From Candidatus Aldehydirespiratoraceae bacterium (GTDB lineage: Bacteria > Actinomycetota > Acidimicrobiia > Acidimicrobiales > Aldehydirespiratoraceae): a DNA stretch of 64,000 nucleotides. This document shows, piece after piece, positions 47,002 to 55,216 of the stretch (the first letter of the stretch is position 1; each line of letters starts with the position of its first letter). The notes below the pieces were generated by a model, which was not told where the DNA came from, did not search any database, and saw only the letters and a list, made by a program, of their open reading frames with translations. Location: NCBI GenBank assembly GCA_965249055.1, contig CBDFKX010000002.1:1613800-1677799 (forward strand), read 5' to 3'. A program made the translations under genes and the position numbers.

Positions 47002-48072
47002 GTGATCTACCGCAAACAAGAACAGGAACCTGCCTCGACGGAAGTTCGTGAAGTAGCCTCTGGGGTGTTGCGGATGCAACTGCCGATTTCTATGCCAGGG
47101 TTGGGTCATGTGAATTGCTACGCCCTCGAAGACTCCGATGGTGTCGCCCTGGTTGACCCGGGTCTCCCCGGTGAGGAGTCTTGGCAGGCGCTGATGGATC
47201 GCTTGGCGACGGCGTCGATACCCGTCGAGCGTGTCCACACGGTGGTGGTGACTCACAGCCACCCAGACCACTTCGGGGGGAGTGACCAACTCCGAGAGGT
47301 CGCCGGGGCCGAGGTACTGACGCATGAGGCGTTCCACAGCCGAATTCTGGAGGCCGGAGACGACTTCGACCTGGAACTGCTCGAAATGGACAACGAGGAG
47401 ATTGTCGAGCTCTGGAAACAGCGGATCACCGAATCCGAACGAACCCCGTGGGGTGAGATCCGTCAACCGCCACCAGACGAAGTGATGCTCAAATGGTTGC
47501 ACATGGACCCCGCAGGTCACCGCCGTTTTCTCGCACCTCACCCAACAATCCGGGTAGCCGACGGCGATCCCGTTCGGCTCGCCAATCGTGACTGGTTTGC
47601 TGTTCACACCCCCGGCCATACCTTCGACCACCTGTGTCTGTTTGACCCGGAACATGGAGTGCTGCTGTCCGGGGATCATGTTTTGCCCACGATCACCCCT
47701 CACATAGCCGGAAACCCGAATCTAGGCGACCCCTTAGCTACCTTTTTTGCTTCGCTCGACAAGGTGGCCGGCTTGGATGGTCTCACCTGTGTATTGCCAG
47801 CTCATGGACATCCTTTCGAGGATCTAGCGGGTCGCTGTGATCACATCCAAGAGCATCACGCGGATCGCTTGCAGTTGTTGCGCGACGCTGCTGCTGCTCA
47901 CCCTGACGCACCGGTTGAAGCTTGGATGAAGGTGCTTTTCAAGGAGCGTTCTTGGGGGGAGATGGCTGCCAGCGAAACCTTTGCCCATCTCGAACATCTG
48001 CGTCTCATCGGCGACGGTGACGTTCGCCGCGACGAAGACGGTCTGCTGCGCTTCACGTTGTCGTCTCGGTGA
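47002..48072 (+). CDS. MBL-fold metallo-hydrolase
   Basis: The ORF contains VTHSHPDHFGG, HTPGHTFDH and PAHGHPF, and has a GTG start. Confidence 0.88.
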   Translation: MIYRKQEQEPASTEVREVASGVLRMQLPISMPGLGHVNCYALEDSDGVALVDPGLPGEESWQALMDRLATASIPVERVHTVVVTHSHPDHFGGSDQLREVAGAEVLTHEAFHSRILEAGDDFDLELLEMDNEEIVELWKQRITESERTPWGEIRQPPPDEVMLKWLHMDPAGHRRFLAPHPTIRVADGDPVRLANRDWFAVHTPGHTFDHLCLFDPEHGVLLSGDHVLPTITPHIAGNPNLGDPLATFFASLDKVAGLDGLTCVLPAHGHPFEDLAGRCDHIQEHHADRLQLLRDAAAAHPDAPVEAWMKVLFKERSWGEMAASETFAHLEHLRLIGDGDVRRDEDGLLRFTLSSR

Positions 48073-48091
48073 CGTGACGACTAGTTGGATC

Positions 48092-48853
48092 TCAGCGGGT
48101 TGGGGGTTTGAGGGGCCGGACGCGGGCGACGCTACCGGCTATGCCGTTAGTTGTGAGCCAGGTGTCTACGCCTCCGTCAAAAGCCAGCCAACGCAGGTGC
48201 ACTTCGCTGTCGGACTCGACGCCGGGTCCGTGCTCAAGCTCAGCGCAGATTGATCCGGGAGTCCATCCAGAAAGGTGAAGAGCTTGTTCCACGGGGGCCC
48301 ATTGGGCGGCGTTGTTCACATGTCCGAGCAGGTCAATATCGGTGAAGCGCAAAGGCCATAGGTCGTCATTTGCATTGTCGGGCCAAGCCGTCGGCAAAGT
48401 CGTGCGGGCCGAGACCCGGCGATTGCCCGCGCTCTCACCCCAGATCTCAAAGAAGTCGTCGTTGAGCCTTGCGGGTCGCAAGGTTTTGCGATCGATGTGG
48501 ACCCAGATAGTGACAGCCTCGACGTCGGCGCCCTGCTGACCACGGACTTGGGTGCGCCGCTCGGCCCAGCGACTTCCATAACCGCTGCACCAGGTCGACA
48601 ACTCGATCCATTCTTGGAAGACAGGCGCGGTGCGAACCTCAACCATTGTGCGCCGCACGATCCAATTCATCGGGTTCGCCAGGTTGCTGTCGGTGGAATC
48701 GTCGCGGGCGACATCTTGTAGATGCCGCACCAGCGCGTCCAGGCGACATCGTCCCCGAGGATCGACATCAGCGAGTCGCACCCGACGTCCGCGCTCAAAA
48801 ACTCGTCCGCTCTTTGGGCGAGGCGTGATCTCTGTAGCCCCTGGCTCAGCCAC
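48092..48853 (-). CDS. acyl-ACP thioesterase family protein
   Basis: The ORF has a double hot-dog pattern: RVRLADVDPRGRCRLDALVRHLQDVA, WCSGYGSRWAERR and FTDIDLLGHVNNA. It has a GTG start at 48853. Confidence 0.8.
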   Translation of the reverse strand: MAEPGATEITPRPKSGRVFERGRRVRLADVDPRGRCRLDALVRHLQDVARDDSTDSNLANPMNWIVRRTMVEVRTAPVFQEWIELSTWCSGYGSRWAERRTQVRGQQGADVEAVTIWVHIDRKTLRPARLNDDFFEIWGESAGNRRVSARTTLPTAWPDNANDDLWPLRFTDIDLLGHVNNAAQWAPVEQALHLSGWTPGSICAELEHGPGVESDSEVHLRWLAFDGGVDTWLTTNGIAGSVARVRPLKPPTR

Positions 48854-48856
48854 TTG

Positions 48857-48930
48857 CTATTCCCATTCGCCCTATTCCCATTCGCCCTATTCCCATTCGC
48901 CCTATTCCCATTCGCCCTATTCCCATTCGA
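48857..48930. repeat. 15-bp tandem repeat (CTATTCCCATTCGCC) x4 plus a 14-bp partial copy, overlapping the guaA stop
   Basis: The units lie at 48857, 48872, 48887 and 48902, with a partial copy at 48917. On the minus strand each unit reads GGC GAA TGG GAA TAG, which reiterates the last codons (E-W-E-stop) of guaA. Confidence 0.95.
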
Positions 48931-50482
48931 TAGTGCCGGGCGGCTTTGAAGTGATGTCGTAGGCAACACGGTTTACGCCGGGCACTTCGTTGATAATGCG
49001 GCTGCTCATCACCTCCAACACTTCGTGTGGGATACGCGCCCAGTCTGCGGTCATGGCATCCTCACTGGTGACCGCGCGGATGATGACGGGGTGGCCGTAG
49101 GTGCGCTCATCGCCCATGACGCCCACAGTGCGGATATCTGGTAGCACAGCAAATGACTGCCAGATCCTGCGTTCAAGACCGACGTTGCGCAACTCCTCGA
49201 GCACAATGAAATCCGCCTGTTGAAGGGTGGCAACCTTGTCGGGAGTGACCTCGCCGATAATGCGGACACCGAGGCCTGGACCGGGAAATGGTTGGCGTTC
49301 AACGATTTCATCGGGGAGACCCAGTTCGCGGCCCACCTGGCGAACCTCGTCTTTGAACAGGCTCCTCAGCGGTTCAACCAAAGAGAATTCGATGTCGTCA
49401 GGCAGTCCGCCGACGTTGTGGTGGCTCTTGATCGTGGAAGCATGCTTCCCTCCCGACTCAATGACATCGGGGTAAAGCGTTCCCTGAACCAAGAAACTGG
49501 CCCCTCCCGCCTGAGCTTGTGCTCCTTCAAAAACACGAATGAAGAGCTCGCCAATGGCCTTTCGTTTCGCCTCAGGTTCGGTGATACCCGCTAGAGCAGC
49601 GAAGAAACGATCCTGTGCCTGCGCATGCACGAGTCGAACCCCGAAGTTGCGTTCGAACGTCTCAACCACCTGGTCGCCTTCATTGAGCCGCATCAGACCC
49701 GTATCGACAAAAACGCAGGTGAGTTGATCACCGATCGCTCTGTGCACCAGCGCGGCGGCGACCGCCGAGTCGACCCCTCCACTGAGCCCGCAGATAGCGG
49801 TCTGGTCACCGACCTGTTGACGGATCTGGGCGACAGCGGTGTCGATGATCGAGTCCATCGTCCAAGAGCCAGAGCTCCCGCAGGCGTCGGTCAAGAAACG
49901 CTCAATCACGGCTTGGCCGTGCGTGGTGTGAATCACCTCAGGGTGGAACTGCACGCCGTAGAGCTTCTGATCGTGGTCCTCAAAAGCAGCTACCGCAGCG
50001 GCTGAAGTAGAAGCTGTCGCAGTGACTCCATTCGGGGGTTGCACAATCGCGTCGAAGTGGCTCATCCACACCTGTTGGGTTTCGGGAGTGCCCCCGAGCA
50101 GACAACCACCGTCGGCGTCGAGCGACATCGTGGTTCGGCCGTACTCACCGCGACCGCTGTGATCCACCCGGCCCCCGTTCTGCTGAGCGATCATCTGCGC
50201 GCCGTAACAGATCCCGAGAATGGGGACATCAAGGTCGTAGACCTCGGGATCGATCAGGATTGCGCCTTCGACGTGAACCGAGGCTGGACCCCCACTGAAG
50301 ATAATCCCCGTCGGGTTCTTGGCTGCTATCTCCTCCGCGGTGATCGTAGGTGACACGATCTCGCTGTAGACATTGGCTTCCCTCACCCGCCGAGCAATCA
50401 ACTGGGCGTACTGAGCACCAAAGTCGACCACGAGAACCGTCTCAGTTCTCTCCGCTCTTGAGTTCACCGCAACCGCACTCAC
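48917..50482 (-). CDS. guaA: GMP synthase (glutamine-hydrolysing)
   Basis: The GATase domain reads ILGICYGAQ and HPEV. The ATP-PPase P-loop reads [10 protein letters not shown]. The ORF ends with the canonical PPGTIEWE. Confidence 0.97.
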   Translation of the reverse strand: MSAVAVNSRAERTETVLVVDFGAQYAQLIARRVREANVYSEIVSPTITAEEIAAKNPTGIIFSGGPASVHVEGAILIDPEVYDLDVPILGICYGAQMIAQQNGGRVDHSGRGEYGRTTMSLDADGGCLLGGTPETQQVWMSHFDAIVQPPNGVTATASTSAAAVAAFEDHDQKLYGVQFHPEVIHTTHGQAVIERFLTDACGSSGSWTMDSIIDTAVAQIRQQVGDQTAICGLSGGVDSAVAAALVHRAIGDQLTCVFVDTGLMRLNEGDQVVETFERNFGVRLVHAQAQDRFFAALAGITEPEAKRKAIGELFIRVFEGAQAQAGGASFLVQGTLYPDVIESGGKHASTIKSHHNVGGLPDDIEFSLVEPLRSLFKDEVRQVGRELGLPDEIVERQPFPGPGLGVRIIGEVTPDKVATLQQADFIVLEELRNVGLERRIWQSFAVLPDIRTVGVMGDERTYGHPVIIRAVTSEDAMTADWARIPHEVLEVMSSRIINEVPGVNRVAYDITSKPPGTIEWE

Positions 50483-51333
50483 CCGAGGACAACCTCAACC
50501 TTGGCTGTGTCATCCGCGTTCGCTGTGTCTTCAACTCCGGTGGCAATGGCCAGCAGTTGACGGAGCATCGCTCCGGTGGCACCCCAGACAGTGTCGCCAA
50601 CCAGTTCAAAAAAGGTGATCGCCCTGGGCCTATCGAACTGGGGCAAAGGCCAGAACTCCTCGCGCCACACGTCGTCTGAGAGTAGTTCGCGAAACGAGAC
50701 ATGACGGATCAGTTCCACTTCGATCGGGTCTCGTTTCAGGGTCGGTTTCTGATCGGTGACTGCCACGAACGGGGTAACCAAAGTTGCCGAACCAACAGTC
50801 ACGAAGCTGTCCAGTTCACCGATCCGTCGAATCGTCGAGGGATCGATTCCGACTTCTTCTTGTGCTTCACGCACAGCAGTTGTCCAAAGGTCGGCATCGC
50901 CTGATTCGCGGCGGCCACCGGGAAACGCGACTTCGTGAGCGTGGTGACGCAAGCGTGGCGAGCGCCTTGTCAAGACCATGTAGACATCGTCTGAGCGTTC
51001 GTACAGCAAACAAAGCACGGCGCTATGGCCGATGCCTTCGCTGACTGTGCCCACCAATTGTGGAGTCCTACTGCGAGAGAATGCCGTGGTGATATCGGAG
51101 AGGGTGACCCGGCGATCTCGGCTGGGGATATGCGCCCAGGGTGCTGGCCCACCCATCTTTGCGCCCTCGGGGCGTGGTATTTCCTGAGGGCCACCCCGTC
51201 CCGCGGGAATCAGAGCAAACGGTTCGGTCTGCGGGGTCTCAAGCGAAGACGCATTGGCGTGATCGGTTGTCACCGCATCGACGCTATCCGCCCAAGCCCT
51301 GTATTGGGCTAGAGCTGCGCGGCTAGACGCCAA
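50479..51333 (-). CDS. Nudix hydrolase (CoA pyrophosphatase-like)
   Basis: The Nudix box is [24 protein letters not shown]. There is a ~100-aa N-terminal extension, so an internal start is possible. The ORF overlaps the guaA start by 4 nt. Confidence 0.8.
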   Translation of the reverse strand: MASSRAALAQYRAWADSVDAVTTDHANASSLETPQTEPFALIPAGRGGPQEIPRPEGAKMGGPAPWAHIPSRDRRVTLSDITTAFSRSRTPQLVGTVSEGIGHSAVLCLLYERSDDVYMVLTRRSPRLRHHAHEVAFPGGRRESGDADLWTTAVREAQEEVGIDPSTIRRIGELDSFVTVGSATLVTPFVAVTDQKPTLKRDPIEVELIRHVSFRELLSDDVWREEFWPLPQFDRPRAITFFELVGDTVWGATGAMLRQLLAIATGVEDTANADDTAKVEVVLG

Positions 51334-51357
51334 ACTGACGAACGTGCATGGCTCCGC

Positions 51358-51703
51358 TCAGCCGGGGATGTCGAGGATCAGGCCCAGGACTTCGCGGATC
51401 TGTGCGAGGCGGGCCGCTCCGACATTGCCGAGTCGGTCCTCTATTCGACCTGTGGCTACCGCTCGGACATGCTGGCACTGGGCCGCCGAGCGGAGATCGA
51501 GACCGTTGGAGGGATCGGCGTCGAACCGTCACCTCCGAGGCGAAGCCGCGCACCCGTGAACTAAGCGGCACCACCTGCACGACGGAGACACCGCCGTCGA
51601 TAACTCGCTGAGCGGTCATGACCACCCCCGGATGACGGAAGCCAGCCTCGTGCCCCGTCGGCGCGCCCAGATCGATCATGACGACGTCACCCGAGGTCAG
51701 CAT
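51358..51703 (-). pseudogene. MazF/PemK-family toxin, frameshifted
   Basis: The N-terminus GDVVMIDLGAPTGHEAGFRHPGVVMTAQ...VVQVVPLSSRVRGFASEVTV lies in one frame. The hand-translated continuation RFDADPSNGLDLRSAAQCQHVRAVATGRIEDRLGNVGAARLAQIREVLGLILDIPG-stop lies in the +1 frame. The switch is near 51524-51530. Confidence 0.75.
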
Positions 51704-51893
51704 CGAGCCATGCAGTCTCGGCTTCGCTCAGATCGGCCCGCAGGTCGGCACCCATCCGGTCCTGGCGCAGGCATCGCACCGCGATCGCAACGGTGTCACC
51801 CACGGTGGCTCCCAACTCAGCCGCGAGCCTCTTGAGTTCTTGGTGGGTGGAGACATCTATGCGGACACGCGCGTGAACGCGGAGCGGCCCGGG
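51687..51893 (-). pseudogene. RHH-type antitoxin-like ORF without a canonical start codon
   Basis: Hand translation gives (PGPL)RVHARVRIDVSTHQELKRLAAELGATVGDTVAIAVRCLRQDRMGADL...LDADLG-stop. The 3' end overlaps the mazF-like start by 17 nt. There is no ATG, GTG or TTG between the upstream in-frame TAG (51894-51896) and the RHH strand. Confidence 0.5.
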
Positions 51894-51985
51894 CTAAAGA
51901 CCTAGACCGCTGTTTTGGTTGACACTGGATATTGTTCTTGAGGCTTTGCTTGGTCGCGCTTGAGATCTGGGAGGAGTTGTCAAAT

Positions 51986-54211
51986 ATGAGCACAACGACA
52001 AACCGCGAGTTGTGTCGGCAACTGGTAAAGGCGGAATCAGAGAGCGAAGCGATCCAGGTCTTGCGCGAAGCAGCGCTGTGGGATGACATAGATTGTTGGA
52101 CTCCGCTTGGGGGGATCGATAACAATTACGGAACGATCATCAATCAACAGGCCTCCAGGGAAGCTGCGCTTGCCGAAAAAATCACCAACAGCATCGACGC
52201 GAGGCTCATGGCCGAATGTCGGCGGGTCGGGCATGATCCGGAGGCGTCGCTAACGAAAGTCGGTACTGAGATGCCGACTAACCCAGCTGATGCTGTCGAC
52301 TTGTTCGGTTGTAGCTGGAAGCGTGCAGACGAGACTGTTGACGGGCTGAAGGATAATGCACTGACATCCCATGCCCAGAAAATCGCGCTTGCGGTGACCG
52401 GGAGAAAAGGTTCGCACCCTGCGTGCGTCTCGGTAGTGGACCAAGGAGAGGGTCAGACACCGGATAGCTTCCCAGACACGTTCTGTTCCATCCATCAGAG
52501 CAACAAGAACAAGGTCAAATTCGTGCAAGGCCGTTACAACATGGGCGGCACGGGGACCCTTCGATTCTGCGGTGACCAGGGGATCCAACTAATTGTGTCC
52601 CGACGTGACCCAGCGTTTGGCGAGCATCCTGCCTGGGGATTCACGGTGTTCCGCAAGCTCCCTCCGGCTCCTGACGAGCGCAATCCCTATTGGGCCTATC
52701 TGGTTGCTCCGGCGGATGGCAGGGATGGAACGCCGTCAGGTCGGATAATCCGGTTTGTTGCCGATCGAGTAAAGCTACTGCCAGGAGGTGCCACCGACGG
52801 TGGCCAGCGACGGCCGTGGACCGTGCCGGTAGGCCACGGCACGTTGGTGAAGCTCTACGACTTCATTAAAGCTGGGAACGCTTCCGATACCCGTTCTTCG
52901 GGAAGGTCGATGTCACTGGCTGCCCGACTGGAAATTGAATTGGTAGATCCTGCGCTGCCCTTTCGGGTGCATGAATGCCGCTATCCGGATTCAAAAGGGA
53001 ATTCCACGGTGAATTGTGTAGGGCTGGTCAACAGATATGCACCAAGGCGAAGCCGACAATCGTTGGAGGACAGTTTTCCGTTCACTGCCAAGCTGACAAG
53101 TCCTTCTGGCGTCAAGCCCTCAGGACAGCAATTCAGTGTCGCCGTTTATGCCTTCAAACAGGGACAAGACGGACGTGCACGCGGCGCTGAACGTCGCCGG
53201 GCTGAGCACGCGGTGGCCTTCACCGTCAACGGACAGCTCCACGCAGGCTGGCACTCGCGGTTCTTCAAGAGGAAAGGCGTAGACCTTTCACTCTTGGCCG
53301 ATGATCTACTGGTGGTGGTCGACTGCTCGAAGCTGTCCGATGAGGGGATCAGGCACCTCTTTACCGGGGGGCGAGACAGAATGATCGACGATTCAGCGCT
53401 CAAATCATGGGTCGAAGATGAGTTGATAGATGTGCTCAATACCGACCGGCGACTCCGAAGCCTCCACCACGCTCGACTTGAAGCTAAGCGAAAAAGCGAG
53501 CGGGGCAAACGAGCCGAGGCAGCCGCCGAGATCGTTCAGAAGTTGCTGGCTGCCAACAAGCAGCTGTCCGAATTTTTGGCAGGAGGCGTGCGGCCCTCGA
53601 GCCAAGGGCCGGTTGGACCCGGGCTTGTGAGTGAGCCCAGAGAGTTCCTCGGAAATGACCCTCCAACCTATTTCAAGTTGAGAGGCAAAGACCGGATGAA
53701 CGCCCAGATCAGTAAGCCCTGCTCTGTTTCGTTCACGACCGACGCGGTGAACGGGTACTTCGATCAGGGTCAGCACTGTTTGACGTTGGATAAGCACCCA
53801 ACGCCCCTCATCCGTGAGTCTCTGCACGATGGTCGGGCCAGCGTTCGGTTTGAAATGCCCGAGAGTTCCGCTGCGGGAGATCACATATCCGCTCGGCTCG
53901 AATCATCGGGTCCTGGACTGCTCGATGCTTTCGTCAACGAGTTCACCGTGGTTGCTATTGAGCATAGGGAAACGACTCCCGGACCCGAGGTTCACCCAAA
54001 CCCTCCAGCCGGGTTTGATTTGCCTGACGCTCATGAAGTCCGAAAACGCGATTGGAAAAGGGAAAAATTCACAGAATGGACAGGCGCCCGCCTCATCCCC
54101 GATGCGGATCCCTCCCAGAACCTGTGGCAGTGGAACTACGACCACCCATTCCTAGTAGACGCCTCTCCCGGAGGCCAGGGACAAGCCCCAGGTCCAAGAG
54201 ATGTTGAATGA
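51986..54211 (+). CDS. GHKL (Bergerat-fold, MORC/MutL-like) ATPase with a ~500-aa uncharacterised C-terminal region
   Basis: ATG at 51986 lies 9 nt after GGGAGGAG. The N box reads E-KIT-N-SI-DA, the G1 box VVDQGEGQ and the G2 box GRYNMGGTG. A coiled-coil-like segment (ARLEAKRKSERGKRAEAAAEIVQKLLAANKQL) lies downstream, and the rest was not recognised. Confidence 0.8.
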   Translation: MSTTTNRELCRQLVKAESESEAIQVLREAALWDDIDCWTPLGGIDNNYGTIINQQASREAALAEKITNSIDARLMAECRRVGHDPEASLTKVGTEMPTNPADAVDLFGCSWKRADETVDGLKDNALTSHAQKIALAVTGRKGSHPACVSVVDQGEGQTPDSFPDTFCSIHQSNKNKVKFVQGRYNMGGTGTLRFCGDQGIQLIVSRRDPAFGEHPAWGFTVFRKLPPAPDERNPYWAYLVAPADGRDGTPSGRIIRFVADRVKLLPGGATDGGQRRPWTVPVGHGTLVKLYDFIKAGNASDTRSSGRSMSLAARLEIELVDPALPFRVHECRYPDSKGNSTVNCVGLVNRYAPRRSRQSLEDSFPFTAKLTSPSGVKPSGQQFSVAVYAFKQGQDGRARGAERRRAEHAVAFTVNGQLHAGWHSRFFKRKGVDLSLLADDLLVVVDCSKLSDEGIRHLFTGGRDRMIDDSALKSWVEDELIDVLNTDRRLRSLHHARLEAKRKSERGKRAEAAAEIVQKLLAANKQLSEFLAGGVRPSSQGPVGPGLVSEPREFLGNDPPTYFKLRGKDRMNAQISKPCSVSFTTDAVNGYFDQGQHCLTLDKHPTPLIRESLHDGRASVRFEMPESSAAGDHISARLESSGPGLLDAFVNEFTVVAIEHRETTPGPEVHPNPPAGFDLPDAHEVRKRDWKREKFTEWTGARLIPDADPSQNLWQWNYDHPFLVDASPGGQGQAPGPRDVE

Positions 54212-54431
54212 AAGGTTTAAGCACTCGATGCTTGTAATCGGCCTCTCCGCCTTGAGCGCATACGCAGCTGCGCAAGACGAGGCGAAGAAGTCCGAAAACG
54301 AAGAGTCTTCAGCGCAACTCGGGCCTGCCGATTGGGTTGCCGTAGCAACCGATGCACTTGCCCCAGTGGTGTTCGCGATAATCGAGTTCGGCGAGGCGAT
54401 CACTGAGACACACTTGGAAGCTGGTGACTAG
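54201..54431 (+). CDS. 76-aa hypothetical protein with two hydrophobic segments
   Basis: The ATG overlaps the ATPase stop by 11 nt. The hydrophobic segments are MLVIGLSALSAYAAA and WVAVATDALAPVVFAIIEF. Its stop shares a CTAG tetranucleotide with the convergent gene's stop. Confidence 0.35.
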   Translation: MLNERFKHSMLVIGLSALSAYAAAQDEAKKSENEESSAQLGPADWVAVATDALAPVVFAIIEFGEAITETHLEAGD

Positions 54432-55216
54432 TCAGATTTGTCGGCCTGCTCGGGTAGCACGGCCATCCAGCAGACCACGCCGATGTCGTCCTCGGTTATC
54501 TCCGGGGTTGGCGCGGAGGTGTCGATGTCGCGCAGGCCGTAGAACTCAACCAGGTCGATGATCTGCCGGGCTGCTTCGGTCGGGTTCATGGCTTCTCGAT
54601 CGGTTTCACGCCTGATGTTGCCGAGGGCTCGCCGAATCTGGCTCCCTCGTTCGATTTCTAGGGCTTCATATGCAGCGCGGGCCGCTGCGATTGAGGACAC
54701 GTCGGGGTGGTCGAGCACTTCGCGGGCCCACTGCTGGGTTGAGCCGAGCGAGTGTCCAGCGAGGTGATCTGCATCGTCGTTGTGCTCTTGGATGATCGAT
54801 GCAGCCGCAGCCGACCAAGCAGCCTCCAAGTCGATGGGAGGGTCGCTCACTCCGGATGCCTGTCCAGGGTTGATGCGACGCAGGATCACCGGCGGTGCCG
54901 AGGCGATGTCGCCTCGGTTGGTGATGTAACGCCAGTGTCTTTCGCTGTCACGGGTTCGGCAAGCGAAGAACACGCCCGCTGGTCCGACTGATGGGACGTC
55001 AGGTCCCTGGACGAAGGCTGCGCCCACACCCCAGGGCAGTTCTCGAGCCCTGTTCAGCTCACCCTCGGCACCGGCTCGGCGCAGTTCCGCTCTCAGCAAC
55101 TCCGCGCTAAGGGCTTGCGGCATTCCCGCCGCGCCGGATTCATCGATCAGCGAGATGTCGCCCTCAGCCAATCGACGGGCGTAGGACTGGATCTCCTCGT
55201 CTACGTCCCCCTCCAC
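54428..55216 (-). CDS. 262-aa protein of unknown function (a separate gene, or the detached C-terminal domain of the helicase)
   Basis: The GTG start at 55216 overlaps the helicase stop region by 16 nt inside a GTGTGG context. No motif was recognised. Confidence 0.5.
   Translation of the reverse strand: MEGDVDEEIQSYARRLAEGDISLIDESGAAGMPQALSAELLRAELRRAGAEGELNRARELPWGVGAAFVQGPDVPSVGPAGVFFACRTRDSERHWRYITNRGDIASAPPVILRRINPGQASGVSDPPIDLEAAWSAAAASIIQEHNDDADHLAGHSLGSTQQWAREVLDHPDVSSIAAARAAYEALEIERGSQIRRALGNIRRETDREAMNPTEAARQIIDLVEFYGLRDIDTSAPTPEITEDDIGVVCWMAVLPEQADKSD

Noticed and set aside
48630-48969. ORFs with striking peptide repeats (LFPFA x5, NGNRA x4, YSHSP x5) reported in the six-frame track
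   Set aside because: All three are translations of the same 15-bp tandem DNA repeat in different frames and strands. They overlap the well-supported guaA 3' end and thioesterase 5' end, so they are not independent genes.
51919-51947. TTGACA hexamer upstream of the GHKL ATPase gene as a sigma-70-type -35 box
   Set aside because: No acceptable -10 hexamer lies at 16-18 bp spacing. GGCTTT is at the expected position, and GATATT is only 3 nt away. The promoter call is not supportable from sequence alone.
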